A stretch of DNA of 64,000 nt from an uncultured Acidobacteriota bacterium (GTDB lineage Bacteria > Acidobacteriota > Polarisedimenticolia > Polarisedimenticolales > JAIQFR01): contig CALMJU010000044.1 of NCBI GenBank assembly GCA_937864465.1, forward strand, positions 935-64,934, given 5' to 3'. The translations under genes were made by a program, and so were the position numbers. This document shows positions 9,987-18,918 of this stretch, piece after piece. Each line of letters starts with the position of its first letter. Positions within the stretch are counted from its first letter, which is position 1. The notes beneath the pieces were generated by a model. The model had not been told where the DNA came from, searched no databases, and was given only the letters and a program-made list of their open reading frames with translations.

Positions 9987-10682
9987 ATGGTTGCCCTGTT
10001 CGTCCTGCTCACGATCATCACCCTGCTTTCGATCGACTACTTCGTCCAGAGAGCCCAGTTGAGGAAGGCGAAGGCGCTCGGCGTCGTCCCCGAGAGCGCC
10101 CCGGCCTCTGCCGCCGTGCGGCCGATCACGGCGATCGACGAAGTCCCGGCCGGCGTCTTCCTGGATCCCGGCCACGTGTGGGCGCAGCTCGAGCCCTCCG
10201 GCGCGCTCCGAATCGGCGTCGACCGGATGCCGCTCGCCATCCTCGGCCGGCCCGATCGGATCGAGGTCCGCACCGAGGGAACGACGCTCCGCGCTGGCGA
10301 TCCGCTCGTCACGTTGTTCCGCGGGAATCGAAAGGTCGTGCTCCGATCCCCGGCGGACGGCGTCGTGGCCCGGGTCAACGCGGAGGCGAACCCCGAGCAG
10401 CTCGACCGGGACCCCTACGGGCGCGGCTGGCTCTACTGGCTCTCCCCACGGGACGTCTCCCCCGCCCTGAAGCGGATGCTCGTGGCGGACGAGGCGAAGG
10501 CCTGGGCCCGCGCGCAGCTCGCGCGGCTCAAGGAGTTCCTGGCCACGGGCGGAGCGGAGACCCAGCTGGTCGGCGCCACCGTCCAGGACGGCGGGGCTCT
10601 CGTAGAAGGGCTCTCGGACCATCTCGACGACGAGAAGTGGCAGCGCTTGGTCAACGAGTTCTTTCCGGCGACGGCGCGGTAG
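9987..10682 (+). CDS. membrane-anchored GcvH-like (glycine-cleavage H fold) protein, probably not lipoylated
   Basis: ORF 9927..10682. I prefer the ATG at 9987 because AGGAGG lies 6 nt upstream. N-terminal TM helix MVALFVLLTIITLLSIDYFV. GcvH-like core GHVWAQLEPSGALRIGVD....SPADGVVARVN....DPYGRGWLYWL. Confidence 0.7.
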   Translation: MVALFVLLTIITLLSIDYFVQRAQLRKAKALGVVPESAPASAAVRPITAIDEVPAGVFLDPGHVWAQLEPSGALRIGVDRMPLAILGRPDRIEVRTEGTTLRAGDPLVTLFRGNRKVVLRSPADGVVARVNAEANPEQLDRDPYGRGWLYWLSPRDVSPALKRMLVADEAKAWARAQLARLKEFLATGGAETQLVGATVQDGGALVEGLSDHLDDEKWQRLVNEFFPATAR

Positions 10683-10751
10683 ACTTCCTGCCGACGAGGC
10701 AGGTCGGTCCCGGATGCCGGGCCGGTGAACTCGCGAGCGGAGGCGATTGCC

Positions 10752-11528
10752 ATGAAGGTGGGGATTCTGACGGATCTTACGAAGTGCGTCGGATGCGAGG
10801 CATGCGTCTGGGCCTGCAAGGAAATCAACGAGCTACCCCGAGAGGACGGCGCCGCTAGGCTCTCGGGGACGACCTGGACCGCGATCGAGCGCCACGGGAA
10901 CGTCAACGTGAGGCGGCAGTGCATGCACTGCGAGGAGCCCGCCTGCGCGTCCGTGTGCCCCGTCGCGGCGTTCCAGAAGACCCCCGAGGGGCCGGTCATC
11001 TATCTCCCCGATCGATGCATGGGCTGCCGCTACTGCATGATCGGGTGCCCGTTCGGCATGCCCAAGTACGAATGGGACAAGCCGCTCCCCCTCGTTCGCA
11101 AGTGCATCCTCTGCTACGAGACCCGGGTCAAGAACGGCGGCCAGCCCGCTTGCACGGCGGCCTGCCCGGCGGGCGCCACGATCTTCGGCGAGCGGGACGC
11201 CCTGATCCGGGAGGCCCGCCGCCGGATCGAGGCCGAGCCGGGCCGGTACGTCGATCACGTCTACGGGATCTCGGAAGCCGGCGGTACGTCGGTGCTCTAC
11301 CTCTCCGGAGTGCCGTTCGAGAAGCTGGGCTTCCGCGTAGACGTGCGGGAAGATCCGTACCCGAAGCTCACCTGGGACATTCTCTCGAAGCTCCCGAGCG
11401 TGATCAGCGTGTGGGGCGTGAGCCTGCTCGGGATCTGGTGGATCACTCACCGCCGCGACGACGTCGCCGAGGCGGAATCGCACGGGCACGGTGGAAGTGC
11501 GGCGGGCCCGGACAAGGATCGGCACTGA
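10752..11528 (+). CDS. four-cluster 4Fe-4S ferredoxin subunit (HybA/DmsB/NrfC-like) with a C-terminal TM anchor
   Basis: Four Cys groups: CVGCEACVWAC, CMHCEEPACASVCP, CMGCRYCMIGCP, CILC...CTAACP. C-terminal helix LPSVISVWGVSLLGIWWI. GGAGG lies about 9 nt before the ATG at 10752 (alternative start 10725). No RR twin-arginine motif at either start. Confidence 0.85.
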   Translation: MKVGILTDLTKCVGCEACVWACKEINELPREDGAARLSGTTWTAIERHGNVNVRRQCMHCEEPACASVCPVAAFQKTPEGPVIYLPDRCMGCRYCMIGCPFGMPKYEWDKPLPLVRKCILCYETRVKNGGQPACTAACPAGATIFGERDALIREARRRIEAEPGRYVDHVYGISEAGGTSVLYLSGVPFEKLGFRVDVREDPYPKLTWDILSKLPSVISVWGVSLLGIWWITHRRDDVAEAESHGHGGSAAGPDKDRH

Positions 11529-11529
11529 C

Positions 11530-13167
11530 ATGGGGGCCCGGAACATGACGACGGGGGCGGCGAAGATGGAGCGATGGTTCGGGAAATTCACCTTCTGGAA
11601 GGCCCTGCTGGGCGTGACGATCGCGATCGCGCTCTACGCGGCGTACGTCCGCTTCTTCCACGGGCTCGGCGCGTCCACGAACCTGTCCGACCAGTTCCCG
11701 TGGGGCCTCTGGATCGGATTCGACATGCTGGTCGGCGTGGCGCTCGCGGCGGGCGGCTTCGTCATCGCGGCGACCGTCCACGTCTTCCGGATCGAGAAGT
11801 ACGAGGAGATCGCGCGGCCGACGATCCTCACCGCCTTCCTCGGCTACCTGCTCGTGATCGTCGCGCTCCTGTTCGACCTCGGACGGCCCTGGAACATCTG
11901 GCACCCGATCATCATGTGGAACCCGCACTCCGTGATGTTCGAGGTCGGATGGTGCGTCATGCTCTACACGACGGTGCTGGCCCTCGAGTTCAGCCCTCTC
12001 GTGTTCGAGCGGTTCGGCTGGAAGATGCCGCTCCGCCTCGTCCAGCGGATCTACACGCCGCTGGTCATCGCGGGCGTGCTCCTCTCGACGATGCACCAGT
12101 CGTCGCTCGGCACCCTCTACGTGATCGCCGCGGGCAAGCTCCACCCCCTGTGGTACTCGCCGTGGCTCCCGGTCTACTTCTTCCTGACGGCGATCGCCGG
12201 GGGCCTGGCCATGACGATCTTCGAGTCGTACATGAGCTTCAGGGCCTTCGGGAAGCGCCTGGAGGCGGACCTCCTCCAGAATCTCGGGCGCTGCGCCGTC
12301 GTGGTCCTGGCCGTGTACGCCATGTGGAAGGCCCAGGACCTGCTCTCGCGGGACCAGTTCGCGACCATCTTCCAGGTCACGCCGGAAAGCGTGATGTTCT
12401 GGGGAGAGATCGGGCTCGGCGTCCTCCTCCCCATGGTGCTCTTCGCGACGCCGCGCGTCCGCAGGAACGAGAACGGCCTGTTCTTCGCGGCGACGCTGAC
12501 GATCCTCGGTCTCATCGTCAACCGCCTGAACGTCGCGATCACGGGCATGAGCGCGTCCTCGGGCACCTCCTACTTCCCCTCGTTTCTCGAGATCGTCGTG
12601 ACGGCTTCCATCGTGGGGGCCGGCTTCACGGTGTTCGCGCTCGCGGTGAAGTTCTTCCCGGTCTTCCCGGAGGCCCACGCACCGGCCGCCGCCGCGCTGC
12701 CCGCCGCCCAGAAGCCGGAAGGGGCCGCTGCGGCGCTCGCCCGCTCCCGCCCCGCGTTCGGCAAGGCGGTGCTCGCGGGTCTCTGGGTGCTCCTGATCGT
12801 CGGGTTCGTCGTGGTCGCCGCCACCCGCGGCGAGGGCAGGATCGACACCACGACCGCGGAAGATCTCCTGGATCCGAAGGTCGCGGCCCGCGCCGCCGAC
12901 CTGCGCCTTCCCGAGGACTACACGTTCCCGCAGGCCGAGTCGAGCCCCGGCCCGGTCACGTTCAGCCACGAGACGCACGTGGATGGGTCTCAGCCGCGGT
13001 GCGCGACCTGCCACAACGGCACCTTCCGCCTGCAGGAGGCCGGCACTCCGCTCCGGGGAGGGCTGACCGAGGAAAGGATCCACCGAGGGGATCTCTGCGC
13101 GTCGTGCCACAACGGGAAGGACGCCTTCGGAATCGACGACGACAACTGCTCGACCTGCCACCGGTGA
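11530..13167 (+). CDS. NrfD/PsrC-family integral membrane (quinone-interacting) subunit fused to a C-terminal triheme cytochrome c7-type domain
   Basis: The polytopic part (FWKALLGVTIAIALYAAYVRFFHGLGASTNLSDQFPWGLWIGFDMLVGVALAAGGF...) is NrfD-like. The C-terminal ~90 aa carry three CXXCH motifs: CATCH 13000-13014, CASCH, and CSTCH 13147-13161. Their context, VTFSHETH...CATCHNG.F...CASCHNGKDAF....C.TCH, is typical of c7 triheme domains. The start is ambiguous (ATG at 11530, 11545 or 11566). Confidence 0.85.
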   Translation: MGARNMTTGAAKMERWFGKFTFWKALLGVTIAIALYAAYVRFFHGLGASTNLSDQFPWGLWIGFDMLVGVALAAGGFVIAATVHVFRIEKYEEIARPTILTAFLGYLLVIVALLFDLGRPWNIWHPIIMWNPHSVMFEVGWCVMLYTTVLALEFSPLVFERFGWKMPLRLVQRIYTPLVIAGVLLSTMHQSSLGTLYVIAAGKLHPLWYSPWLPVYFFLTAIAGGLAMTIFESYMSFRAFGKRLEADLLQNLGRCAVVVLAVYAMWKAQDLLSRDQFATIFQVTPESVMFWGEIGLGVLLPMVLFATPRVRRNENGLFFAATLTILGLIVNRLNVAITGMSASSGTSYFPSFLEIVVTASIVGAGFTVFALAVKFFPVFPEAHAPAAAALPAAQKPEGAAAALARSRPAFGKAVLAGLWVLLIVGFVVVAATRGEGRIDTTTAEDLLDPKVAARAADLRLPEDYTFPQAESSPGPVTFSHETHVDGSQPRCATCHNGTFRLQEAGTPLRGGLTEERIHRGDLCASCHNGKDAFGIDDDNCSTCHR

Positions 13168-13195
13168 CGGTGGGATGTCTCGGGGAGGGAACGCC

Positions 13196-13948
13196 ATGCA
13201 TTCGCGCGACAGGAACGGCCCCCCGAGAAACCTGATCCCGGACGACTCCTATCCGTGCGTCTGGATGACCGCCGGGCAGGTGGCCTACAAGCTCTGCGAC
13301 CGGGATTTCCGCTGCGAGGACTGCCCTCTCGACGCCGCGCTCCGGGGCCAGGCGCTCCCGCGCCCGGCGGAGCCGATCCCCGCCCTGCCCGAGGCTCCCA
13401 CCCGGGAGTTCCCGGAGGACCGGCTGTACGGCCCGGGACACACGTGGGCCGGAGTGCTCGACGACGGGCACGTCCGCGTCGGGCTCGACGGGTTCGCCGC
13501 CGGGCTGCTCCAGCACGCCTCCGGCGTCATCCTCCCGGCCCCGGGCAGCGCCTTGGAGCAGGGGCGCGCGGCGTTCTGGGTCACCGACGGGACCTTCACG
13601 GTGGCGCTCCGGAGCCCGGTGGCGGGGATCGTCGTGCGCCGGAACCACCGCCTTCGCGACCACCCGGCCCTGGCGGCGGAATCGCCCTACTCCGAAGGCT
13701 GGCTCGTGGAGCTGGAGTGCGACGACGTCGGGAGCGCGGTGTCGCGCCTGGAGGGAGCCGTCGCGGCGCAGGAGCGCGCGGGCGCCGACCACGCGAGGCT
13801 CCGCGACGCCGCCCTCGAGGAAGCGCGAAAGGACTCGGGCGCAGCCGTCGGGCCCACGCTCCAGGACGGGGGCGAGCCCTCCCAGGACCTCCGGACCGTC
13901 CTGCAGCCGGCGCGCTACTACGGCCTCGTGAGCCGCATCCTCGGCTGA
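13196..13948 (+). CDS. GcvH-like protein with an N-terminal Cys-rich motif, lacking the lipoyl lysine
   Basis: ORF 13175..13948. ATG 13196 is preceded by GGGGAGGG. N-terminal C-X12-C-X5-C-X2-C motif (YPCVWMTAGQVAYKLCDRDFRCEDCP, 13256-13324). GcvH-like core GHTWAGVLDDGHVRVGLDGF...RSPVAGIVVRRN...SPYSEGWLVELE. Confidence 0.7.
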   Translation: MHSRDRNGPPRNLIPDDSYPCVWMTAGQVAYKLCDRDFRCEDCPLDAALRGQALPRPAEPIPALPEAPTREFPEDRLYGPGHTWAGVLDDGHVRVGLDGFAAGLLQHASGVILPAPGSALEQGRAAFWVTDGTFTVALRSPVAGIVVRRNHRLRDHPALAAESPYSEGWLVELECDDVGSAVSRLEGAVAAQERAGADHARLRDAALEEARKDSGAAVGPTLQDGGEPSQDLRTVLQPARYYGLVSRILG

Positions 13949-14038
13949 CCGGAGGGGGCCCGGTCCGGCCCGCCTCTTCCTGCGCGCGGGCGTCCTGTGC
14001 CAGAATGCTCGCCGAGAGGTGCGGGGACACCGACGAGC

Positions 14039-15703
14039 ATGGCGGAAGAAGAGAAGGGCGTCGTACGGCAGCACTGGCTGTCGCGGGTATTCCGTTCGGT
14101 GAGCCTTCGTCTGTTCCTGATCCTGTTCGGAGTCGTGTCGGCGGTCTTCGCCCTCCAGGCATACGTCAATCTGCGCTCCGCTTCCCGCGAGTGGTCGGCC
14201 GTGCTCGAGCAGTCCGCGAGCCGGACGAGCGAGCTGATCAAGAGCGGCACGCACTACGGCATGCTCTTGAACCGCAAGGACGAGGTCCACCAGAACATCA
14301 TCCGGATCGCCCAGGCCCCCGGCGTCGCGGGGGTCCGCATCTACGACAAGCAGGGCACGATCATCTTCTCCGCCGACCCGGCGGAGATCGGGCGCCGCGT
14401 GGACATGCAGGCGGAAGCCTGCGTCGTCTGTCACGACCGCTCCGCGCCGCTGCGGTCGGTGCCCGCGTCGAACCGCGTGCGGATCTACCTGTCCCCGAGC
14501 GGGAGCCGCGTGCTCGGCGTGATCAGCTCGATCAACAATCAGTCGGAGTGCTCGAGCGCCCCCTGTCACGCGCATTCGCCGAGCCAGACGGTGCTGGGGG
14601 TCCTCGACGTCATGATGTCGCTCGAGGGGGCCGACCAGCAGCTCGCCGACATGAAGCGCCAGACCGTCCTCTGGACGCTGCTGATGGTCGGAATCGTCGG
14701 CCTGACCACCGCCATATTCATCTACCGGGTCGTCCGGGTCCCGGTGAGCCGCCTCATCGCGGGGACCGAGCGCGTCGCCCGGGGAGACCTCGACACCAGG
14801 ATCCACATCGGGACCCGCAACCAGATCGGGCTCCTCGCGGAGAGCTTCAACCGGATGACGGAGGACCTCGGCCGGGCGCGGAAAGAGCTGACGGAGTGGT
14901 CCGAGAAGCTCGAGAGGAAGGTCGTCGAGAAGACGGAGGAGCTCGGCCAGGCGCACCGGCAGATCGTCCACATGGAGAAGATGGCCTCCCTCGGGAAGCT
15001 GTCGGCGACGGTGGCGCACGAGCTGAACAACCCGCTGGCCGGGATCCTGAACTACTCCAAGCTCGTGGGGCGCTGTCTTCAGGACGACGGCCCGACCTCC
15101 GACGAGCGCCCGGAGGTCATGCGCTATCTCGACCTGATCCAGAAGGAATCCCGCCGCTGCGGGGACATCGTGCGCAACCTCCTGCTGTTCGCCAGGCCGG
15201 CCGGAGGCGAGTTCGCCCTCCAGCACGTCAACCCGATCCTCGAGCGGGCGGCGATGCTCGTGCACCACCACACCCAGATCGCCGGGATCCGGATGGAGAC
15301 CGAGCCCCTCGCCGGAGACGATCAGGTCGTCTGCGACGCCGACCAGCTCCAGCAGGCCCTGGTCGCGCTCCTCGTCAACGCGGTGGAGGCGATGCCGCAT
15401 GGCGGCTCGCTGATGCTCAAGGGAGAGGCGGACGACGGCGTCGTCCGCATCAGCGTCACGGACACCGGCGTGGGGATGTCGCCGGAAGTGCAGGCGCGGA
15501 TCTTCGAGCCCTTCTTCTCCACCAAGGACGGGAAGACCGGAGTGGGGCTCGGGCTCGCCGTCGTGTACGGCATCGTCCAGCGCCACGGCGGAAGGATCGA
15601 CGTCGAGTCGGCCGTGGGCCGGGGCACGACGTTCACCGTGCGGCTTCCCCGTCAGCCCGGTCCGGGGCTCGCCGAGCGGCGACCCGCCGCGGGCGCATCG
15701 TGA
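14039..15703 (+). CDS. sensor histidine kinase (2 TM, periplasmic loop with heme-c motifs, HAMP, HisKA, HATPase)
   Basis: TM1 LRLFLILFGVVSAVFALQAYV; TM2 VLWTLLMVGIVGLTTAIFIY; HAMP (...GLLAESFNRMTEDL); H-box ATVAHELNNPLAGI; N/G boxes (LLVNAVEAM, TDTGVGM, GVGLGLAVV). The start could instead be GTG 13997. Confidence 0.85.
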   Translation: MAEEEKGVVRQHWLSRVFRSVSLRLFLILFGVVSAVFALQAYVNLRSASREWSAVLEQSASRTSELIKSGTHYGMLLNRKDEVHQNIIRIAQAPGVAGVRIYDKQGTIIFSADPAEIGRRVDMQAEACVVCHDRSAPLRSVPASNRVRIYLSPSGSRVLGVISSINNQSECSSAPCHAHSPSQTVLGVLDVMMSLEGADQQLADMKRQTVLWTLLMVGIVGLTTAIFIYRVVRVPVSRLIAGTERVARGDLDTRIHIGTRNQIGLLAESFNRMTEDLGRARKELTEWSEKLERKVVEKTEELGQAHRQIVHMEKMASLGKLSATVAHELNNPLAGILNYSKLVGRCLQDDGPTSDERPEVMRYLDLIQKESRRCGDIVRNLLLFARPAGGEFALQHVNPILERAAMLVHHHTQIAGIRMETEPLAGDDQVVCDADQLQQALVALLVNAVEAMPHGGSLMLKGEADDGVVRISVTDTGVGMSPEVQARIFEPFFSTKDGKTGVGLGLAVVYGIVQRHGGRIDVESAVGRGTTFTVRLPRQPGPGLAERRPAAGAS

Positions 15704-15812
15704 CGGCGCCCCCCGCAGCGGCTCGGGTCCCCGCACGGCGGCAGGCTCCCGCGGAACGGTCCTCCGCCGCAACGTCCCGGTGCGAGCACCGGAAGGGTCG
15801 AGGTTCGCAGGA

Positions 15813-17156
<1,344 letters not shown>

Positions 17157-17162
17157 CTCCCG

Positions 17163-17696
17163 ATGCCGCCGATCCTCGTGGTGCCGATCTACTTCGAGGG
17201 ACGGCACGCCTTGCTCGACTCGCTGGGGCTCCGCCTGCGGAGAACGTTCGGGCTCGAGCCCCGGATCCGCCAACCCTGGTTCGATCCGGAGATCCCGTTC
17301 CAGCCGGCCAGAAGCCAGTACAACTCGACCCTCCTCCTGGCCCAGCTCCTCCGGGACCGTGAGGACGAGGCCGAGAGGGTGATCGGGGTCACCGCCGTGG
17401 ACCTCTTCATCCCCGTCCTCACCTTCGTGTTCGGGGAGGCCCAGCTGGGAGGGCGGGCGGCGGTCGTCTCCATCCATCGCCTGCGCAGCGAGGCGTACGG
17501 GCTCCCCTCCGACGAGAGGCTCCTGGCCGGGCGCCTCGACAAGGAGGCCGTGCACGAGCTCGGACACACCTACGGTCTCGTGCACTGCGACGTGCCGGAC
17601 TGCGTCATGCGCTCCTCGACCTACGTCGAGGAGATCGACTTCAAGTCGGCGGAGTTCTGCCCCGCCTGCCTGGCCGAGGTCCGGGCCGCGCGCTGA
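17163..17696 (+). CDS. amzA: archaemetzincin-like zinc metallopeptidase (M54)
   Basis: HELGHTYGLVHC zinc motif, followed by CVM....C..C Cys pairs (DVPDCVMRSS...EFCPACL), as in archaemetzincins. Begins 6 nt after the regulator stop. Confidence 0.85.
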   Translation: MPPILVVPIYFEGRHALLDSLGLRLRRTFGLEPRIRQPWFDPEIPFQPARSQYNSTLLLAQLLRDREDEAERVIGVTAVDLFIPVLTFVFGEAQLGGRAAVVSIHRLRSEAYGLPSDERLLAGRLDKEAVHELGHTYGLVHCDVPDCVMRSSTYVEEIDFKSAEFCPACLAEVRAAR

Positions 17697-17845
17697 GCGC
17701 CGGCCGGCGGCGTCCCCCGGCCCCCCCTTGGCCCTGAAATCCGGTCTTCCGCCGGAACCTTCCCGGGGGAGTGGCCGTTCTCTACGGCGAGGGGAACAGG
17801 TCGCCGGGCCGGCGACAGGCCGCGCGGGCGGCGGAAGGAGATGCC

Positions 17846-18421
17846 ATGAAGCGATGGATGATCCTGGCGGGGATGGGAATGGCCCTCGCGGCCGGAGCGG
17901 CGGCGACGGTCCGCGCGGCCGAGGCCCAGCCGTGGCTGCACGTTTACGTGACCGAGTCCGGCGAGCGGGGCGAGACCGTGCGCGTCAACGTGCCGATCGA
18001 GCTCGTCGAAAAGGTACTGCCTCTCGTCCGCCACGAGCGCTTTCGCGAGGGCAAGGTCCGGATCGAGATGGGAGACTCCGACTTCTCCGCGGCGGATCTC
18101 CGCGCGGTCTGGCAGGCCGTGCGCGCCTCGCGGGACGCGGAGTACGTGACGGTCGAGGGACCCGACGAGAAGGTGCGGGTCGCGAAGCGGGGCGACGAGA
18201 TCCTGGTGCTCGTCGACGGCTCCGCCGAGAAGGCGGAGAAGGTCGAGGCGAGGATTCCGCTCGACGTCCTCGACGCGCTGTTCTCCGGCTCGGAGGAGGA
18301 GCTCGACGTCCAGGCCGCCCTGCAGGTTCTCGCACGGAAGGGGTCCGGCGACATCGTCACGGTCCAGGACGGCGACACTCGGGTGCGCGTGTGGATCGAC
18401 TCGAGCGAAGAAGGGCGGTGA
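17846..18421 (+). CDS. secreted hypothetical protein
   Basis: ORF 17771..18421, trimmed to ATG 17846 (GGAAGGAG 5 nt upstream). Signal peptide MKRWMILAGMGMALAAGAAATVRA. Acidic and E/V-rich, with internal repeats of an E.VRV..P.. motif. Confidence 0.6.
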   Translation: MKRWMILAGMGMALAAGAAATVRAAEAQPWLHVYVTESGERGETVRVNVPIELVEKVLPLVRHERFREGKVRIEMGDSDFSAADLRAVWQAVRASRDAEYVTVEGPDEKVRVAKRGDEILVLVDGSAEKAEKVEARIPLDVLDALFSGSEEELDVQAALQVLARKGSGDIVTVQDGDTRVRVWIDSSEEGR

Positions 18422-18443
18422 CTCGCACCGACGGGAGGACGCC

Positions 18444-18887
18444 GTGAGACTCTTCAGCAGGATCCTGGCGATCGTGGGCGCGCTGGTCCTCGTCACGGCC
18501 GTCTCGCTCGCGGCAGTCGTCTCCTACTACTGGATCCACGACGGCACGATCGAGGTCCGGGTCCGGCCCAAGCAGGCGGGGGGGGATGACGTTTCGATCC
18601 GATGCCCCGCGTTCCTCGCCCGGGCCGGCCTGGCCCTCGTCCCTGCGTCCCGGCTCCGGCTCGGAGAGGAAGCCCGCTCCGCGCTCTCCGCCGCCGGGGA
18701 GATGGTTTCCCAGCTCCGGCGATGCCCGGACGCGACCTTCGTGGAGGTCCTCTCGCGCGAGGAGAGCGTCCGGGTCTCGAAGCGGGATGGCCGGCTCGTC
18801 ATCGAGGCCGACACCCCCGGCGAGACGGTCTCCTTGGCGGTCCCCTTGGCCACGGCGGAAGTCGCGCTCCGCGCGATCCGGGATTGA
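18444..18887 (+). CDS. membrane-anchored hypothetical protein, distant paralogue of the preceding gene
   Basis: GTG start with GGGAGGA upstream. N-terminal TM ILAIVGALVLVTAVSLAAVV. The segment FVEVLSREESVRVSKRDGRLVIEAD...VSLAVPLATAEVAL resembles VTVEGPDEKVRVAKRGDEILVLVD...VEARIPLDVLDAL of the upstream protein. Confidence 0.55.
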   Translation: MRLFSRILAIVGALVLVTAVSLAAVVSYYWIHDGTIEVRVRPKQAGGDDVSIRCPAFLARAGLALVPASRLRLGEEARSALSAAGEMVSQLRRCPDATFVEVLSREESVRVSKRDGRLVIEADTPGETVSLAVPLATAEVALRAIRD

Positions 18888-18918
18888 CGCCCGCCCTTGC
18901 GTCGGGAGACGCGCTCGA

